From Patescibacteria group bacterium (GTDB lineage: Bacteria; Patescibacteriota; Saccharimonadia; Saccharimonadales; UBA4665), in the NCBI GenBank assembly GCA_030271625.1, contig JARXKN010000002.1, positions 7,996 to 71,995 of the forward strand: a stretch of 64,000 nucleotides of DNA, written 5' to 3'. The notes below the pieces were generated by a model that saw nothing but the letters and a program-made list of their open reading frames with translations, had not been told where the DNA came from and made no database searches. Both the position numbers and the translations under genes were made by a program. Positions 38,965 through 48,510 of this stretch are shown here, piece after piece; the stretch's first letter is position 1, and every line of letters begins with the position of its first letter.

Positions 38965-40384
38965 ACCAGATGGTGGTACCGTTCGGCAAGTCTTTTACTC
39001 CGTAGCCAAGTTCAGCCAGTTGATCACGCAAGCTATCAGATTCAGCCCAATCTTTGGCGCTGCGCACCGTTGAGCGTGCTTCTAGGAGGGTTGCTACCTG
39101 TTGCGGTAGCTCGGTGAGGTTAAGCAGTAAATTAATGCCCAAAACAGCTTCTAGGTAGGACAGAAACTTCGTAAATGGTTGGACCGACGTTGCGCTTATT
39201 AATTGTTTTTCGACAACCGATAAAGCCTGATCAACGCGACTTAAAATAACCGGCGTATTTAAATCGTCATTCAGAGCGGCCGCGATATCGCTCGTAGCGG
39301 CGGCTAGTTCCTGGACTAGCATAGCGTCGTTGTCGGCCGAGCTTGCAGCTTGCGGTTGCTTGACTAAAACAGCCACCTGCTGCCAGTGCTGCAATCGATT
39401 CTTGGCCGCCTCCAGACTGTCCCAGCTGAACTTTGATTGACTGCGGTAATGGGACTCCAGAATGTTTAAACGAACTGCTTCAGCACTAATTCCTTTGGCG
39501 ATAATTTCTTGTAATCGGATGCCATTGCCAAGGCTCTTACTGATCTTTTCACCGTTCACCGTTACGTGGTTACTGTGCATCCAGTAGTTGGCGAAGCGCT
39601 TGCCGGTGGCGGCTTCCGATTGGGCAATTTCGTTGGTATGGTGGACTGGAATATGGTCAATACCACCAGTGTGGATGTCAAAAGACTCGCCAAGGTACTT
39701 CATACTCATAGCTGAACATTCTATGTGCCAGCCTGGAAAGCCTTTGCGTCCATTGCCAAATGGATTATCCCATTCCATATCACGCTGGCTATCCGTTGGA
39801 GAGAACTTCCAAACCGCAAAGTCGGCTTGATTGCGCTTCTGATCGTTAATGCTAACTCTGGCACCGGCCTGCTGTTCGTCTAGATCGAGTCCGGCAAAAG
39901 CCGAGTAGCCTTCAAATTTGCTGGTATCGAAATAAACGCCATCATCGATAATGTAGGTATAGCCTTTGGCTTCTAGTCGTTGAATAAGTTCGATTTGTTC
40001 GGCAATGTGGTCGGTTGCTTTAACAACATGGTCCGGTTTTTGGATATTGAGAAGTTCCATTGCTTCTAAAAAGTCTTGGGTATAAAATTCGGCAACTTCC
40101 CAGGCTGTCTTGCCTTCGCGCTTGGCGCCCTTTTCAAGCTTATCTTCGCCGTCGTCAGCATCGCTAACCAAGTGGCCGACATCGGTAATGTTCATGACCC
40201 AGTTAACGGTATTGCCAGCGGACTGTAGTGCGCGTACTAGCGTATCCATGCGGACATAGTTATACCAGTGGCCGATGTGGGCGTAATCGTATACCGTTGG
40301 GCCACAAGTGTACACCCCAAAGGAATTAGTTGCTATAGGTTTGAGTTCATCGGTTGATCGAGTGAGTGTATTAAAGAGTTTCAT
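38954..40384 (-). CDS. cysS: Cysteine--tRNA ligase
   Basis: 'CGPTVYDYAHIGH' (HIGH), 'KISKS' (KMSKS) and 'GFPGWHIECSAM'. Confidence 0.95.
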   Translation of the reverse strand: MKLFNTLTRSTDELKPIATNSFGVYTCGPTVYDYAHIGHWYNYVRMDTLVRALQSAGNTVNWVMNITDVGHLVSDADDGEDKLEKGAKREGKTAWEVAEFYTQDFLEAMELLNIQKPDHVVKATDHIAEQIELIQRLEAKGYTYIIDDGVYFDTSKFEGYSAFAGLDLDEQQAGARVSINDQKRNQADFAVWKFSPTDSQRDMEWDNPFGNGRKGFPGWHIECSAMSMKYLGESFDIHTGGIDHIPVHHTNEIAQSEAATGKRFANYWMHSNHVTVNGEKISKSLGNGIRLQEIIAKGISAEAVRLNILESHYRSQSKFSWDSLEAAKNRLQHWQQVAVLVKQPQAASSADNDAMLVQELAAATSDIAAALNDDLNTPVILSRVDQALSVVEKQLISATSVQPFTKFLSYLEAVLGINLLLNLTELPQQVATLLEARSTVRSAKDWAESDSLRDQLAELGYGVKDLPNGTTIWFKL

Positions 40385-40393
40385 GGCAGTTCC

Positions 40394-41404
40394 CTAATTA
40401 CTGGTTGGTAGAGCGGATAATAATTGCTGACAGTACTGTAGGCAATCAGCTTTAACATCTGGATAAGCTTTGCCAGTAACTTTAAAGCCGCTAGCGAAGG
40501 CATGGCCGCCGCCGCCAAGGTGCTCGGCCAACTCAGCACCAACGCCGTAGCCGGGATTGCAACGAATGGCACCGGTAACTTTACCATCAGCGTAGTGCTT
40601 GAGGACTATAGCTACCTGTACACCTATGGTTTGCAGCATGTCACCTTGGATAAGGGGAGCTGGATTGTAAAGTGGGCTAAAGCTGTTAATCTCAGTCTGC
40701 GGAATGGTTATGACGGCTATGTGGCCCTCGACAACAAACTCTGTTCGTTGCAGCAGTAGTCCTTTGTAGTTATAAATAGTGGCCGGCATTTTAGATAGTT
40801 CCCGGCGGCGCTCTTCTAAAGCCGGACGGTCAACGCCCGAGGCAACCAGCTCTGCCATGACGGTATAGGTGTCGGCACTTGCTAACTGATTGCTAAGCCC
40901 CTGAGTGTCACCCAAGATGGCCGTCATCAGCCCTTCTCCGGCAGCTACAGAAACGGTCCAGTCGAGTTCTTTCGCCAGCCAATAAATTAGTTCGCCCGTG
41001 GATGAGCGAGTATGTTCATTAATAATAACCTGTGCAAATGGCACGATATTCTCAACTTTTTCGTGATGATCGAGGATGGCACACGGTTTTGTAGCGAGCC
41101 AGCCAAGTTCGCCAGATGACTGTAACTTCTCTAGCAAGCTCAAAGTACTGGCGTCGACAATAATACTGGCGTCAAACGTGTTGGGTAGTTGGTTCTGGAC
41201 CCTGTCCCAACCAGTTAGATACTGCAAATATCCTGGCATATCGACACCGCAGTATAGAGTCACGGTCTTGCCTAAATCACCCAGAATATGCTCCAACGCC
41301 AGCGCGCTTCCCAAGCTATCGCCATCTGGGTTGTCGGCCTGAACCACTACAATATGCTGGGCTTTGGCAACGATTGACTTTAAGAGCTCTATTTTGTTGG
41401 ACAT
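40394..41404 (-). CDS. nrnA: DHH/DHHA1 phosphoesterase (NrnA-like oligoribonuclease/pAp phosphatase)
   Basis: 'DNPDGDSLGS', 'ILDHHE' and 'GGGGHAFASG' motifs. Confidence 0.85.
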   Translation of the reverse strand: MSNKIELLKSIVAKAQHIVVVQADNPDGDSLGSALALEHILGDLGKTVTLYCGVDMPGYLQYLTGWDRVQNQLPNTFDASIIVDASTLSLLEKLQSSGELGWLATKPCAILDHHEKVENIVPFAQVIINEHTRSSTGELIYWLAKELDWTVSVAAGEGLMTAILGDTQGLSNQLASADTYTVMAELVASGVDRPALEERRRELSKMPATIYNYKGLLLQRTEFVVEGHIAVITIPQTEINSFSPLYNPAPLIQGDMLQTIGVQVAIVLKHYADGKVTGAIRCNPGYGVGAELAEHLGGGGHAFASGFKVTGKAYPDVKADCLQYCQQLLSALPTSN

Positions 41405-41470
41405 AAGAACTATTGTAACAGAGGTCAGTAATTATTGACTAATATATAAAAAAGTAGTAAAGTATAGTTT

Positions 41471-42181
41471 ATGGAATTATTTTCGTCTGTTGAACAAATT
41501 AGCCTAGAGCAACGTATATTGCAGGACGCTGAATTCATCAAGGGCGGCGCTAGGGTTAATCAATTAGGCGCGCTCGTGCTAACTCAAGCCCAAGTAGCTG
41601 AAGCTTATTACGAAGGCGACCCGTCAGTGATGCAAGTCCTTTCAGAAGCCCCTGTTTTAAATAGCGAAGCAAAAACTGCAAAAGACAGTTGGCTAGACCA
41701 ATCCTTAGAAAGTCTTGTAGCTCAGTATGAAACCCCTCCAAATACAATTGGATCACCTGCAGCACGAACTGTTTTACGTCATAGTTTAGCAAGAAACGGA
41801 ATCGAAGATGTGCGTAATTTACTCGTATTTGGTAGCGCCAAACTGTTCGATCTTCAAGGTGTTGGATCAACTATAGTGAATGTTGCAGAAAAAATAGTTA
41901 ATGATAACGAATACGGATTTACACTTAAAAATATGCCAACGCACGATGAGCTTAGAATGCTGTGTAGTGATCTCGATAAAATAACTGTCGGCGCCGCGTT
42001 AGAAGCGGATGATATGTTTAAAGGATGTACTATCTCAAAAATGCTGCTACTGAGCCCTCATGCATTAGTACTTGAACGTGTCAGCCCAGATGCAGAGAAT
42101 ATCGAAAAATATCTGTTACGAGCAATTCGGATCAAGACACTTGCAGAGAAGTTTGCTGTAAAACTTAATCTAGCCAACTAG
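41471..42181 (+). CDS. Hypothetical 236-aa protein with helix-hairpin-helix segment resembling RNA polymerase alpha C-terminal domain
   Basis: 'RTVLRHSLARNGIEDVRNLLVFGSAKLFDLQGVGSTIVNVAEKIV' fits the alpha-CTD HhH pattern. The gene is visibly more AT-rich than its neighbours. Confidence 0.55.
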   Translation: MELFSSVEQISLEQRILQDAEFIKGGARVNQLGALVLTQAQVAEAYYEGDPSVMQVLSEAPVLNSEAKTAKDSWLDQSLESLVAQYETPPNTIGSPAARTVLRHSLARNGIEDVRNLLVFGSAKLFDLQGVGSTIVNVAEKIVNDNEYGFTLKNMPTHDELRMLCSDLDKITVGAALEADDMFKGCTISKMLLLSPHALVLERVSPDAENIEKYLLRAIRIKTLAEKFAVKLNLAN

Positions 42182-42189
42182 TGTCATTG

Positions 42190-42795
42190 TTAAATTGTTT
42201 GACGGCCCTCAAGTGCTCGGCCAAGGCTGATTTGATCGGCATATTCAAGGTCGACTCCTACTGACAAGCCACGGGCTAATCTGCTGACTTTGACTGGGCG
42301 GTCACCAATTTGCTGCTGAATGTATAAAGCCGTTGATTCGCCCTCTACGCTAGCATTGGTGGCTAGGATTATTTCTTCGACACTATCTTCATCAATGCGT
42401 CGGATAAGTTCATCGATGTGTAGCTGCTCAGGCCCAACGCCATCAATCGGCGAAACTAAGCCGCCTAAAACGTGATAGGTACCGTTATATTGGTTAGTCT
42501 TTTCTAGGGCCACCAAGTCGAACGGCTCGGCCACTACAGCGATAGTCGTTTTGTCGCGCCGCGGATCGGTATACAAATCAGACAGCTCCTGCCCGGCTGG
42601 GATAAGTGCAAACGTTTTTCGGCAATATCCTATCCCCGACCGCAAACTTAACAAAGCCGATGACAGCTTTTCCGGAGCATCGTTGGCATGTCGAACTAAG
42701 TAATAAGCGTAGCGTTCCGCGGTACGCGGACCAACACCAGGCAATAAGCCAAAGGCATCAATTAAATCAGTTAAAGCAGGCGGCAGAATCTGCAT
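42190..42795 (-). CDS. recR: Recombination protein RecR (zinc-finger cysteines mostly absent)
   Basis: N-terminal HhH 'LPGVGPRTAERYAY' and Toprim 'IAVVAEPFDLVALE...GGLVSPIDG'. The usual C4 region reads 'YCRKTFALIPAGQELSDLYTDPRRD'. Confidence 0.85.
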   Translation of the reverse strand: MQILPPALTDLIDAFGLLPGVGPRTAERYAYYLVRHANDAPEKLSSALLSLRSGIGYCRKTFALIPAGQELSDLYTDPRRDKTTIAVVAEPFDLVALEKTNQYNGTYHVLGGLVSPIDGVGPEQLHIDELIRRIDEDSVEEIILATNASVEGESTALYIQQQIGDRPVKVSRLARGLSVGVDLEYADQISLGRALEGRQTI

Positions 42796-42798
42796 GGA

Positions 42799-43092
42799 TT
42801 ACATGCCGAGGCCGCTGAGGGCGCCCATCATTGGCTGCATTTTCTCGGCAGCAATGCGTTGGCTTTCAGCAATCGCTTCTTTAACGGCGTCTTCCAGCAG
42901 GCGCTCAGTCAAACCAATGTCAGCTAAGTCTATAAGTTCAGGGTTTAGGTGAATTTTCTTTAGTTTCTGTTCCCCAGTAATTTCAACCGTTACGGCGCCA
43001 TCACCCTTTTCAATGGTTATGATCTGTTTCTGTAGTTCTTTTTGAATCTTTTTAACTTTCATTAACATCTTGGCTTGGTCGAATCGGCTCAT
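42799..43092 (-). CDS. ybaB: YbaB/EbfC nucleoid-associated protein
   Basis: 97 aa. 'MLMKVKKIQKELQK...VTVEITGEQKL' is typical of the family, and the gene is adjacent to recR. Confidence 0.85.
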   Translation of the reverse strand: MSRFDQAKMLMKVKKIQKELQKQIITIEKGDGAVTVEITGEQKLKKIHLNPELIDLADIGLTERLLEDAVKEAIAESQRIAAEKMQPMMGALSGLGM

Positions 43093-43160
43093 AGTAGTCT
43101 CCTCAGAAATTAATAATCTTTACTATATTGTAGCAAGTTTTGATAACTGTTACACCCTAG

Positions 43161-44393
43161 TTAATAGGGGTAGTACGTGAAATGGCTCTTGGTGGCAGGG
43201 TTGTGTGGCCAGGCCACAAAGTAGTGCTGTAGGTTGTAGGCGCAACTGATGGCGACAGCTGCGGTAATCAAGCCGACGCCAACAGCACGCATAATCGGAT
43301 TGCTGGGAAAACGTTGCAACCAATCGCGTAGTAACCGGGCTATACCAGCAGCTGCTAATAAGTAGATGATTGGCACTACTAAGCTGAGACCAATAGCAGG
43401 GTTAAGGCTTATTAGCATTGCGGCAACGACACTGAAGACGGCCAGCTGGGTAGCACGACTGCTTCGCCAATGTTTAAGGTAAAAGACGATGCCTAAAATC
43501 ACCATAACAGCACTAAAGCTATCAAGAATTGGCAAGTGCCCAAGCCACTGGGCAGGGTTGTTTGGACCGTAGGCAAACAGCTGCTCAGGAATAGCACCGA
43601 GCCGGCGTAGCATCGGCCATACTGCATCAAAATGATTGGGTAACCCGAGCCAGGTCAAGGTTGTCCTGGGGTGTTTAATAAACACCGTTAGTAGTAATGG
43701 CAGCCAGACAGCACTGACGATTACTAGGAGCACCTTGCGCCACCATGCCCTACTCTGACGCCATGCTCCAATCAATTCTTGACGGCATTGCCAACTGGTT
43801 ACAGCTATAAACCACACCATTCCCGGTATGAACAACAGGCTTCCCCAGACAAGTAGTACAAGATACACCACCCGCAATTTATGACTACGTTTTAACACTA
43901 ACTGTGACAAAAATAAGGCTGGTACGGCGGCTAAATAACTACTATCGTAGCTAGCGTAGCGTCCCATGTGGAGGGTCCAAGCGCTGGCAGCAAACAGCAG
44001 ACAGCTGAGAATGGCCACGCGAGTACCGTGCCAGAGACGAACGACAGCCGCCAAACATACAATAGCGAGGGCGGCCATAATGACACTCGGTAGTCTTACT
44101 ACCAAGATACCGCCCTGCCCAAAGAAGTAGAAACCGACCGAACGCAGTAGTTTAACCGCTAAGAAAAACGGGTCATGGATGATTCCCTGCCAACCTATCG
44201 ACGTTACGGCGACCTGGTGTTCCTGGCTGCTTAAGCCGCCACTCGGCAAGCTGGTGAGGTGTCGTAGCAATAAGCTGGAGACGATAACCGCAAATAGACC
44301 AACTAGAAAAACAGGATTACGATTTTGCCGTAACCAGAGGTTAGCGGTTGTAAACGTTGGCTTAAATGTTAGTTTTGGAAGACGACGAGTCAT
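43161..44393 (-). CDS. Polytopic membrane protein, possibly ArnT/PMT-like GT-C glycosyltransferase
   Basis: 410 aa with more than 10 TM segments. The family assignment rests on architecture only. Confidence 0.5.
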   Translation of the reverse strand: MTRRLPKLTFKPTFTTANLWLRQNRNPVFLVGLFAVIVSSLLLRHLTSLPSGGLSSQEHQVAVTSIGWQGIIHDPFFLAVKLLRSVGFYFFGQGGILVVRLPSVIMAALAIVCLAAVVRLWHGTRVAILSCLLFAASAWTLHMGRYASYDSSYLAAVPALFLSQLVLKRSHKLRVVYLVLLVWGSLLFIPGMVWFIAVTSWQCRQELIGAWRQSRAWWRKVLLVIVSAVWLPLLLTVFIKHPRTTLTWLGLPNHFDAVWPMLRRLGAIPEQLFAYGPNNPAQWLGHLPILDSFSAVMVILGIVFYLKHWRSSRATQLAVFSVVAAMLISLNPAIGLSLVVPIIYLLAAAGIARLLRDWLQRFPSNPIMRAVGVGLITAAVAISCAYNLQHYFVAWPHNPATKSHFTYYPY

Positions 44394-44411
44394 GTTGTTC
44401 AGTATTATACG

Positions 44412-45773
44412 CTAGTCGTTGAAGGGGTCGGCATGTTTTACATCTAAAGATGAAATGCGCTGCTTATCACGATCGAAGTATAGTTCCACGCCGCCGGTCG
44501 GCCCGTTACGGTGCTTCTTAATAAGAATATCCATAATATTCTTACGATCGCTTTCAGGATTGTAATAATCTTCGCGGTACAAAAAGGCGACCACATCGGC
44601 GTCCTGCTCAATCGAACCGGACTCACGAAGGTCGGACAGTTGGGGAATCTGTGGGGTACGGCTTTCAACTGAACGACTGAGCTGACTCAGGGCGATTAGG
44701 GGCACATTCATTTCACGGGCCACGCCCTTAAGACCACGAGAAATTTCTGATATTTCTTGCACCCGGTTACCATCACCGCCAAAGCGGCTACCACCGCTCA
44801 TCAGCTGTAAGTAGTCGACGATAATCAGTCCGAGCGGTCGTTGGTGCGCCTCACGACGGGCCTTGGTCCGCAAGTCGCTAATGGTAATGCCTGGTGTGTC
44901 GTCAATAAACATTTGCGCTTCAGACAAGGTCCCCATGGCGTGGCCAATTTTTTCGAAATCATTATCAGTTAAGTTACCGGTCCGGAGGGCCCAGGCATCG
45001 ACACCGGACTCCATAGACAGTAAGCGGTCAACTAACTGCTCTTTGCTCATTTCCAGACTGAAAATCAAGACCGGCTCTTTTGCCTCAACGGCAATTTTGT
45101 GAGCTAAGTTGAGCACGAAGGCAGTTTTACCCATTGAGGGCCGAGCCGCCAGAATAAACAGGTCGGAGCGCTGCAGACCAGCTAGCATGTTATCTAAATC
45201 ACGGTAGCCCGTCGGGACGCCGCGAATTTTTTGTTTATCCTTGTGGAGGTCATCGAGTCGGTCGAAACTTTCGGCCAGGATGGTCTCTAGGCTAACGACG
45301 CTTTGTTTAACATGCTGCTGACTAACTTCGAACAAGCGCGTTTCGGCTTCTTCAATTAATTCTTTGAGTTGTTTGCTTTCATCGTAGCCCATTTCAGCAA
45401 TTTCTTGCGAGGCTTTAATCAGACGGCGGCGAGCGCCCTTACCAGCAATAATGTCGGCGTACTGTTCGGCGTGGGCCGCCGTCGGGACGAAGTTGGTCAG
45501 TTCTGTAAGATAACTAGCACCGCCGACCATGTCTAAGTAACCGTTATTCTTTAGGCGGTCGGCCAGGGTTAAGACGTCTAAGGCTTCGCGGCGTTCATAC
45601 AGCTCGAGCATGGCATCATAAATCTTTTGGTGCTTCACTTCGTAAAAGTCAGCCACACTTAAGTTATCGGCGACTTTGGTAATAGCATCAGAGTCAATTA
45701 AAATAGCACCGAGCAAGGAGGCTTCGGCATCAGAATTCTGGGGCGGCAAATTTTTAGAAGGAATATCGCTCAT
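44412..45773 (-). CDS. dnaB: Replicative DNA helicase DnaB
   Basis: 'PPQNSDAEASLLGAIL', Walker A 'ARPSMGKTAF' and 'ALSQLSRSVESR'. Confidence 0.95.
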   Translation of the reverse strand: MSDIPSKNLPPQNSDAEASLLGAILIDSDAITKVADNLSVADFYEVKHQKIYDAMLELYERREALDVLTLADRLKNNGYLDMVGGASYLTELTNFVPTAAHAEQYADIIAGKGARRRLIKASQEIAEMGYDESKQLKELIEEAETRLFEVSQQHVKQSVVSLETILAESFDRLDDLHKDKQKIRGVPTGYRDLDNMLAGLQRSDLFILAARPSMGKTAFVLNLAHKIAVEAKEPVLIFSLEMSKEQLVDRLLSMESGVDAWALRTGNLTDNDFEKIGHAMGTLSEAQMFIDDTPGITISDLRTKARREAHQRPLGLIIVDYLQLMSGGSRFGGDGNRVQEISEISRGLKGVAREMNVPLIALSQLSRSVESRTPQIPQLSDLRESGSIEQDADVVAFLYREDYYNPESDRKNIMDILIKKHRNGPTGGVELYFDRDKQRISSLDVKHADPFND

Positions 45774-45820
45774 CTGGTCTCTTTTCTACAGTATAGCGCG
45801 CTTTAGAAGCCCGGCAACCA

Positions 45821-47341
45821 CTAAATTATTTCGCCACCGCCGAAGATATCATTGATAGCGCTTATGTCTGATGGTGCTGTGGGCTTGCTGGTGGCAACCG
45901 GCGTCACCGCTGCTACGGGCGTATCTTTGCGCACCACGCAGGTGATGTGGACAGCTTGGCCGCTTAATTCATAAATAATATCAGCTAGAATTTTTTTATT
46001 TTTAGGATCGCTGAGGCGTTTTTGGTGAAAAGCAAAGCCAAAGGCAAGCTCGAGCTCTTTGCCGGAAAAGGTTGGTACTGCCATCCGCACAACGCCGTAT
46101 AAGGTGTTATATTTCTGCTTTAAAGCCGTTAACACGGCCGGCCAAAGCTCAGCATCAACAACACTTGCCGTCGCCGCTGGAGCTACTTTTGGTGCCACTG
46201 TTTTGTGGGCTGGGGCGAGCTTGACGACATCCATTACGGGAGTTATAGCTGCCGGTTGTGATTCAGCTGCCGCTGACGACGGTTCTGGACGAGGCGCTAC
46301 TGCCTGGCTAGCCGGCTTAGTTGCTGTGGCTTTGGGCTGTACGGGCTGGGTGACGGCTGGCGCCGCCCGTCCCGGCACAGCGCTGGTGCCCGCACTTTCC
46401 AATAAGATAATTTCTAACAACCGTTCAGCATCATGACTCGGGGCAACTTCTAGTAACCGTGTCAGTAGCGGCATTAATTGTGTGCCAGCCAGTGCACTGT
46501 TACCAGCCAGTAACTGGGTGCGTAAGGTCTGGCTAATAACTTTGGCAATAGCGGCAGCCTGAAAGCCCTGGTCGTACAGACCATTAAGCTTTTGGGCGAC
46601 CAGCGGTGCATTGTGGGCCTGAACGGCCTGTAGGACCGCTTGGATGCCTTCAGACGGCGGGATACCGAGTAATAGCTGCACTGCGGCCAACGTCAGTGCC
46701 CCGCCCTGGCTGCTAGCTTGATCAAGCATGCTAATACTGTCCCGGAAGCTGCCATCACCGTGGGTAGCTAGTAATTCGAGGGCGGCATCTTCGGCGGTAA
46801 TATTTTCGGCGCTGGCAATATGCCGCAAATGGTCAACGACCTTGGCTTGACTAACGGGTTTAAACGAGTAACGTTGGGTTCGACTTATAACCGTAGCCGG
46901 CAATTTGTGGGCATCGGTGGTGGCCAGTATAAAGACAACATGGGCCGGCGGCTCTTCCAAGGTTTTTAACAGGGCGTTAAAAGCAGCCTTCGATAGCATA
47001 TGGACTTCGTCGATGATGTAAACCTTGTACTTGGCGCTAGAAGGCGCCACGGCCACTTTCTCGCGTAAGTCACGAATATCCTCGACGCCGTTATTACTGG
47101 CAGCATCAATTTCGATAATATCAATGTGCATACGGTCGTCTTGGTACGGTATGTTGTTGATTTCATGAGCCAGGATGCGCGCAATACTGGTTTTACCGAC
47201 GCCCCGCGGCCCGGTAAATAAGTAGGCATGCGAAATTCGGCCACTTTTCAGGGCTTTATCAAGGGTTTCGGTAATATGCTCCTGGCCGATAATTTCGGAC
47301 AGGGCTTTGGACCGGTATTTACGGTAGAGTGCTTGCCCCAT
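45821..47341 (-). CDS. dnaX: DNA polymerase III subunit gamma/tau
   Basis: 'LFTGPRGVGKTS', 'IIDEVHMLS' and 'SRTQRYSF'. The C-terminal linker is Ala/Pro-rich. Confidence 0.93.
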   Translation of the reverse strand: MGQALYRKYRSKALSEIIGQEHITETLDKALKSGRISHAYLFTGPRGVGKTSIARILAHEINNIPYQDDRMHIDIIEIDAASNNGVEDIRDLREKVAVAPSSAKYKVYIIDEVHMLSKAAFNALLKTLEEPPAHVVFILATTDAHKLPATVISRTQRYSFKPVSQAKVVDHLRHIASAENITAEDAALELLATHGDGSFRDSISMLDQASSQGGALTLAAVQLLLGIPPSEGIQAVLQAVQAHNAPLVAQKLNGLYDQGFQAAAIAKVISQTLRTQLLAGNSALAGTQLMPLLTRLLEVAPSHDAERLLEIILLESAGTSAVPGRAAPAVTQPVQPKATATKPASQAVAPRPEPSSAAAESQPAAITPVMDVVKLAPAHKTVAPKVAPAATASVVDAELWPAVLTALKQKYNTLYGVVRMAVPTFSGKELELAFGFAFHQKRLSDPKNKKILADIIYELSGQAVHITCVVRKDTPVAAVTPVATSKPTAPSDISAINDIFGGGEII

Positions 47342-47399
47342 TTGACACTATTATACGAGGCTTAGGCTAATTTGTCCGTTGTACTTATTGCTGAGCTGA

Positions 47400-47909
47400 C
47401 TAGAGAGCAGCTTCGAGAGCGGCCCACTCAGTGGTGGAGTCGTCTTCAGGAACGTTGACGCTGACCTGATCACCAGGCTTAGCCTTGAAGTACGTCACGC
47501 TGGCCAGCAGGACTCGCAGGTTGCGGCCACTGACATCAACAAAGTAGTGACCATTTTCGAGCTTAAGGGTGCCAACAACTTGTTTCCGAGGTATAGGACC
47601 GATTTGCTTGTATAAAAAGGCGCCGTCTTCAGCGATAGTTAATTTGAGGATATCACCTTGCACTAGCTTAGATTTGCTAGCGTAATTAGCCGGCACTGGG
47701 TAGGTCTTACCGTCGGAGCCGACCATATTCTGGCCATCAAAGACGCCTTCTATGACTTTACCGAGAGTGTCTTCACGGGCCACAGGAGTAACGCGGTCTT
47801 CATCGCCAACAAGACTAATCAGCAGCTCGGTAGCGGCTGCAAGATTAGTTTCGGCTTCTTGGATAAGAGCCCGCAGGCGTTTTACTTGTTTGTCTGGTAA
47901 GTCTGGCAT
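47400..47909 (-). CDS. Hypothetical 169-aa protein
   Basis: Clean ORF between dnaX and rplL. No motif recognised. Confidence 0.55.
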   Translation of the reverse strand: MPDLPDKQVKRLRALIQEAETNLAAATELLISLVGDEDRVTPVAREDTLGKVIEGVFDGQNMVGSDGKTYPVPANYASKSKLVQGDILKLTIAEDGAFLYKQIGPIPRKQVVGTLKLENGHYFVDVSGRNLRVLLASVTYFKAKPGDQVSVNVPEDDSTTEWAALEAAL

Positions 47910-48051
47910 GATAATAGTCTCTTGGTATGGATGTTTATTTGCTACAGATTCCCGTAACTTAAGTTCACTTTCCTCTTCAAAATATCATGAAAGTTAAATC
48001 AAGTCAAAGATAATCTACCGGCTCATAAAGAGTTTATATGATAAGCATTGT

Positions 48052-48084
48052 AATGGGCCGCTCAGATTACCTAAGCGGCCCATT
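48052..48084. terminator. Strong hairpin downstream of rplL (probable terminator)
   Basis: The sequence is aatgggccgct-cagattaccta-agcggcccatt, an 11-bp stem 16 nt after the rplL stop. The flanking U-run is weak. Confidence 0.5.
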
Positions 48085-48099
48085 ATGATTTGGGTCGAA

Positions 48100-48477
48100 C
48101 TAGACTAGTTCAACAGTAGCGCCGGCGTCTTCGAGGGCTTTCTTAGCCTTCTCAGCGTCGTCTTTAGCAGCCTTTTCAAGGACTGGCTTTGGAGCGCCAT
48201 CAACGATGGCTTTGGCTTCACCAAGACCAAGACCAGTAATGTCTTTGACGGCCTTGATAACAGCAACCTTCTGCGCGCCTGCATCTTTAAGAACGACATC
48301 GTATTCGCTCTTTTCGTCAGCAGCGGCAGCGCCAGCTTCAGCGGCAGGACCAGCTACAGCCACAGCGGCAGCAGCTGGCTCGATGCCATATTCGTCCTTC
48401 AGGACGTTCTTAAGTTCGTTAACTTCTAGTACGGTTAATGCAGTTAATTGTTCTGCAAGCTTCTTTAAATCAGCCAT
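48100..48477 (-). CDS. rplL: 50S ribosomal protein L7/L12
   Basis: 125 aa with an Ala-rich hinge. C-terminal domain '[23 protein letters not shown]'. Confidence 0.95.
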   Translation of the reverse strand: MADLKKLAEQLTALTVLEVNELKNVLKDEYGIEPAAAAVAVAGPAAEAGAAAADEKSEYDVVLKDAGAQKVAVIKAVKDITGLGLGEAKAIVDGAPKPVLEKAAKDDAEKAKKALEDAGATVELV

Positions 48478-48510
48478 GGGATAATTCCTTTATTGTTAAA
48501 ACTTAATTAA

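Noticed and set aside
40381-40587. A 68-aa minus-strand ORF that bridges the cysS start and the nrnA end.
   Set aside because: It is out of frame within the 3' end of the well-supported nrnA gene and has a hydrophobic, low-information sequence. I consider it spurious.
45985-46005. An A-rich run (AAT AAA AAA ATT) in dnaX as a possible programmed -1 frameshift site for a gamma product.
   Set aside because: It lies ~65 codons from the C-terminus, not after domain III. It is not a proper A-AAA-AAG heptamer in the right register, and no downstream stem-loop is evident.
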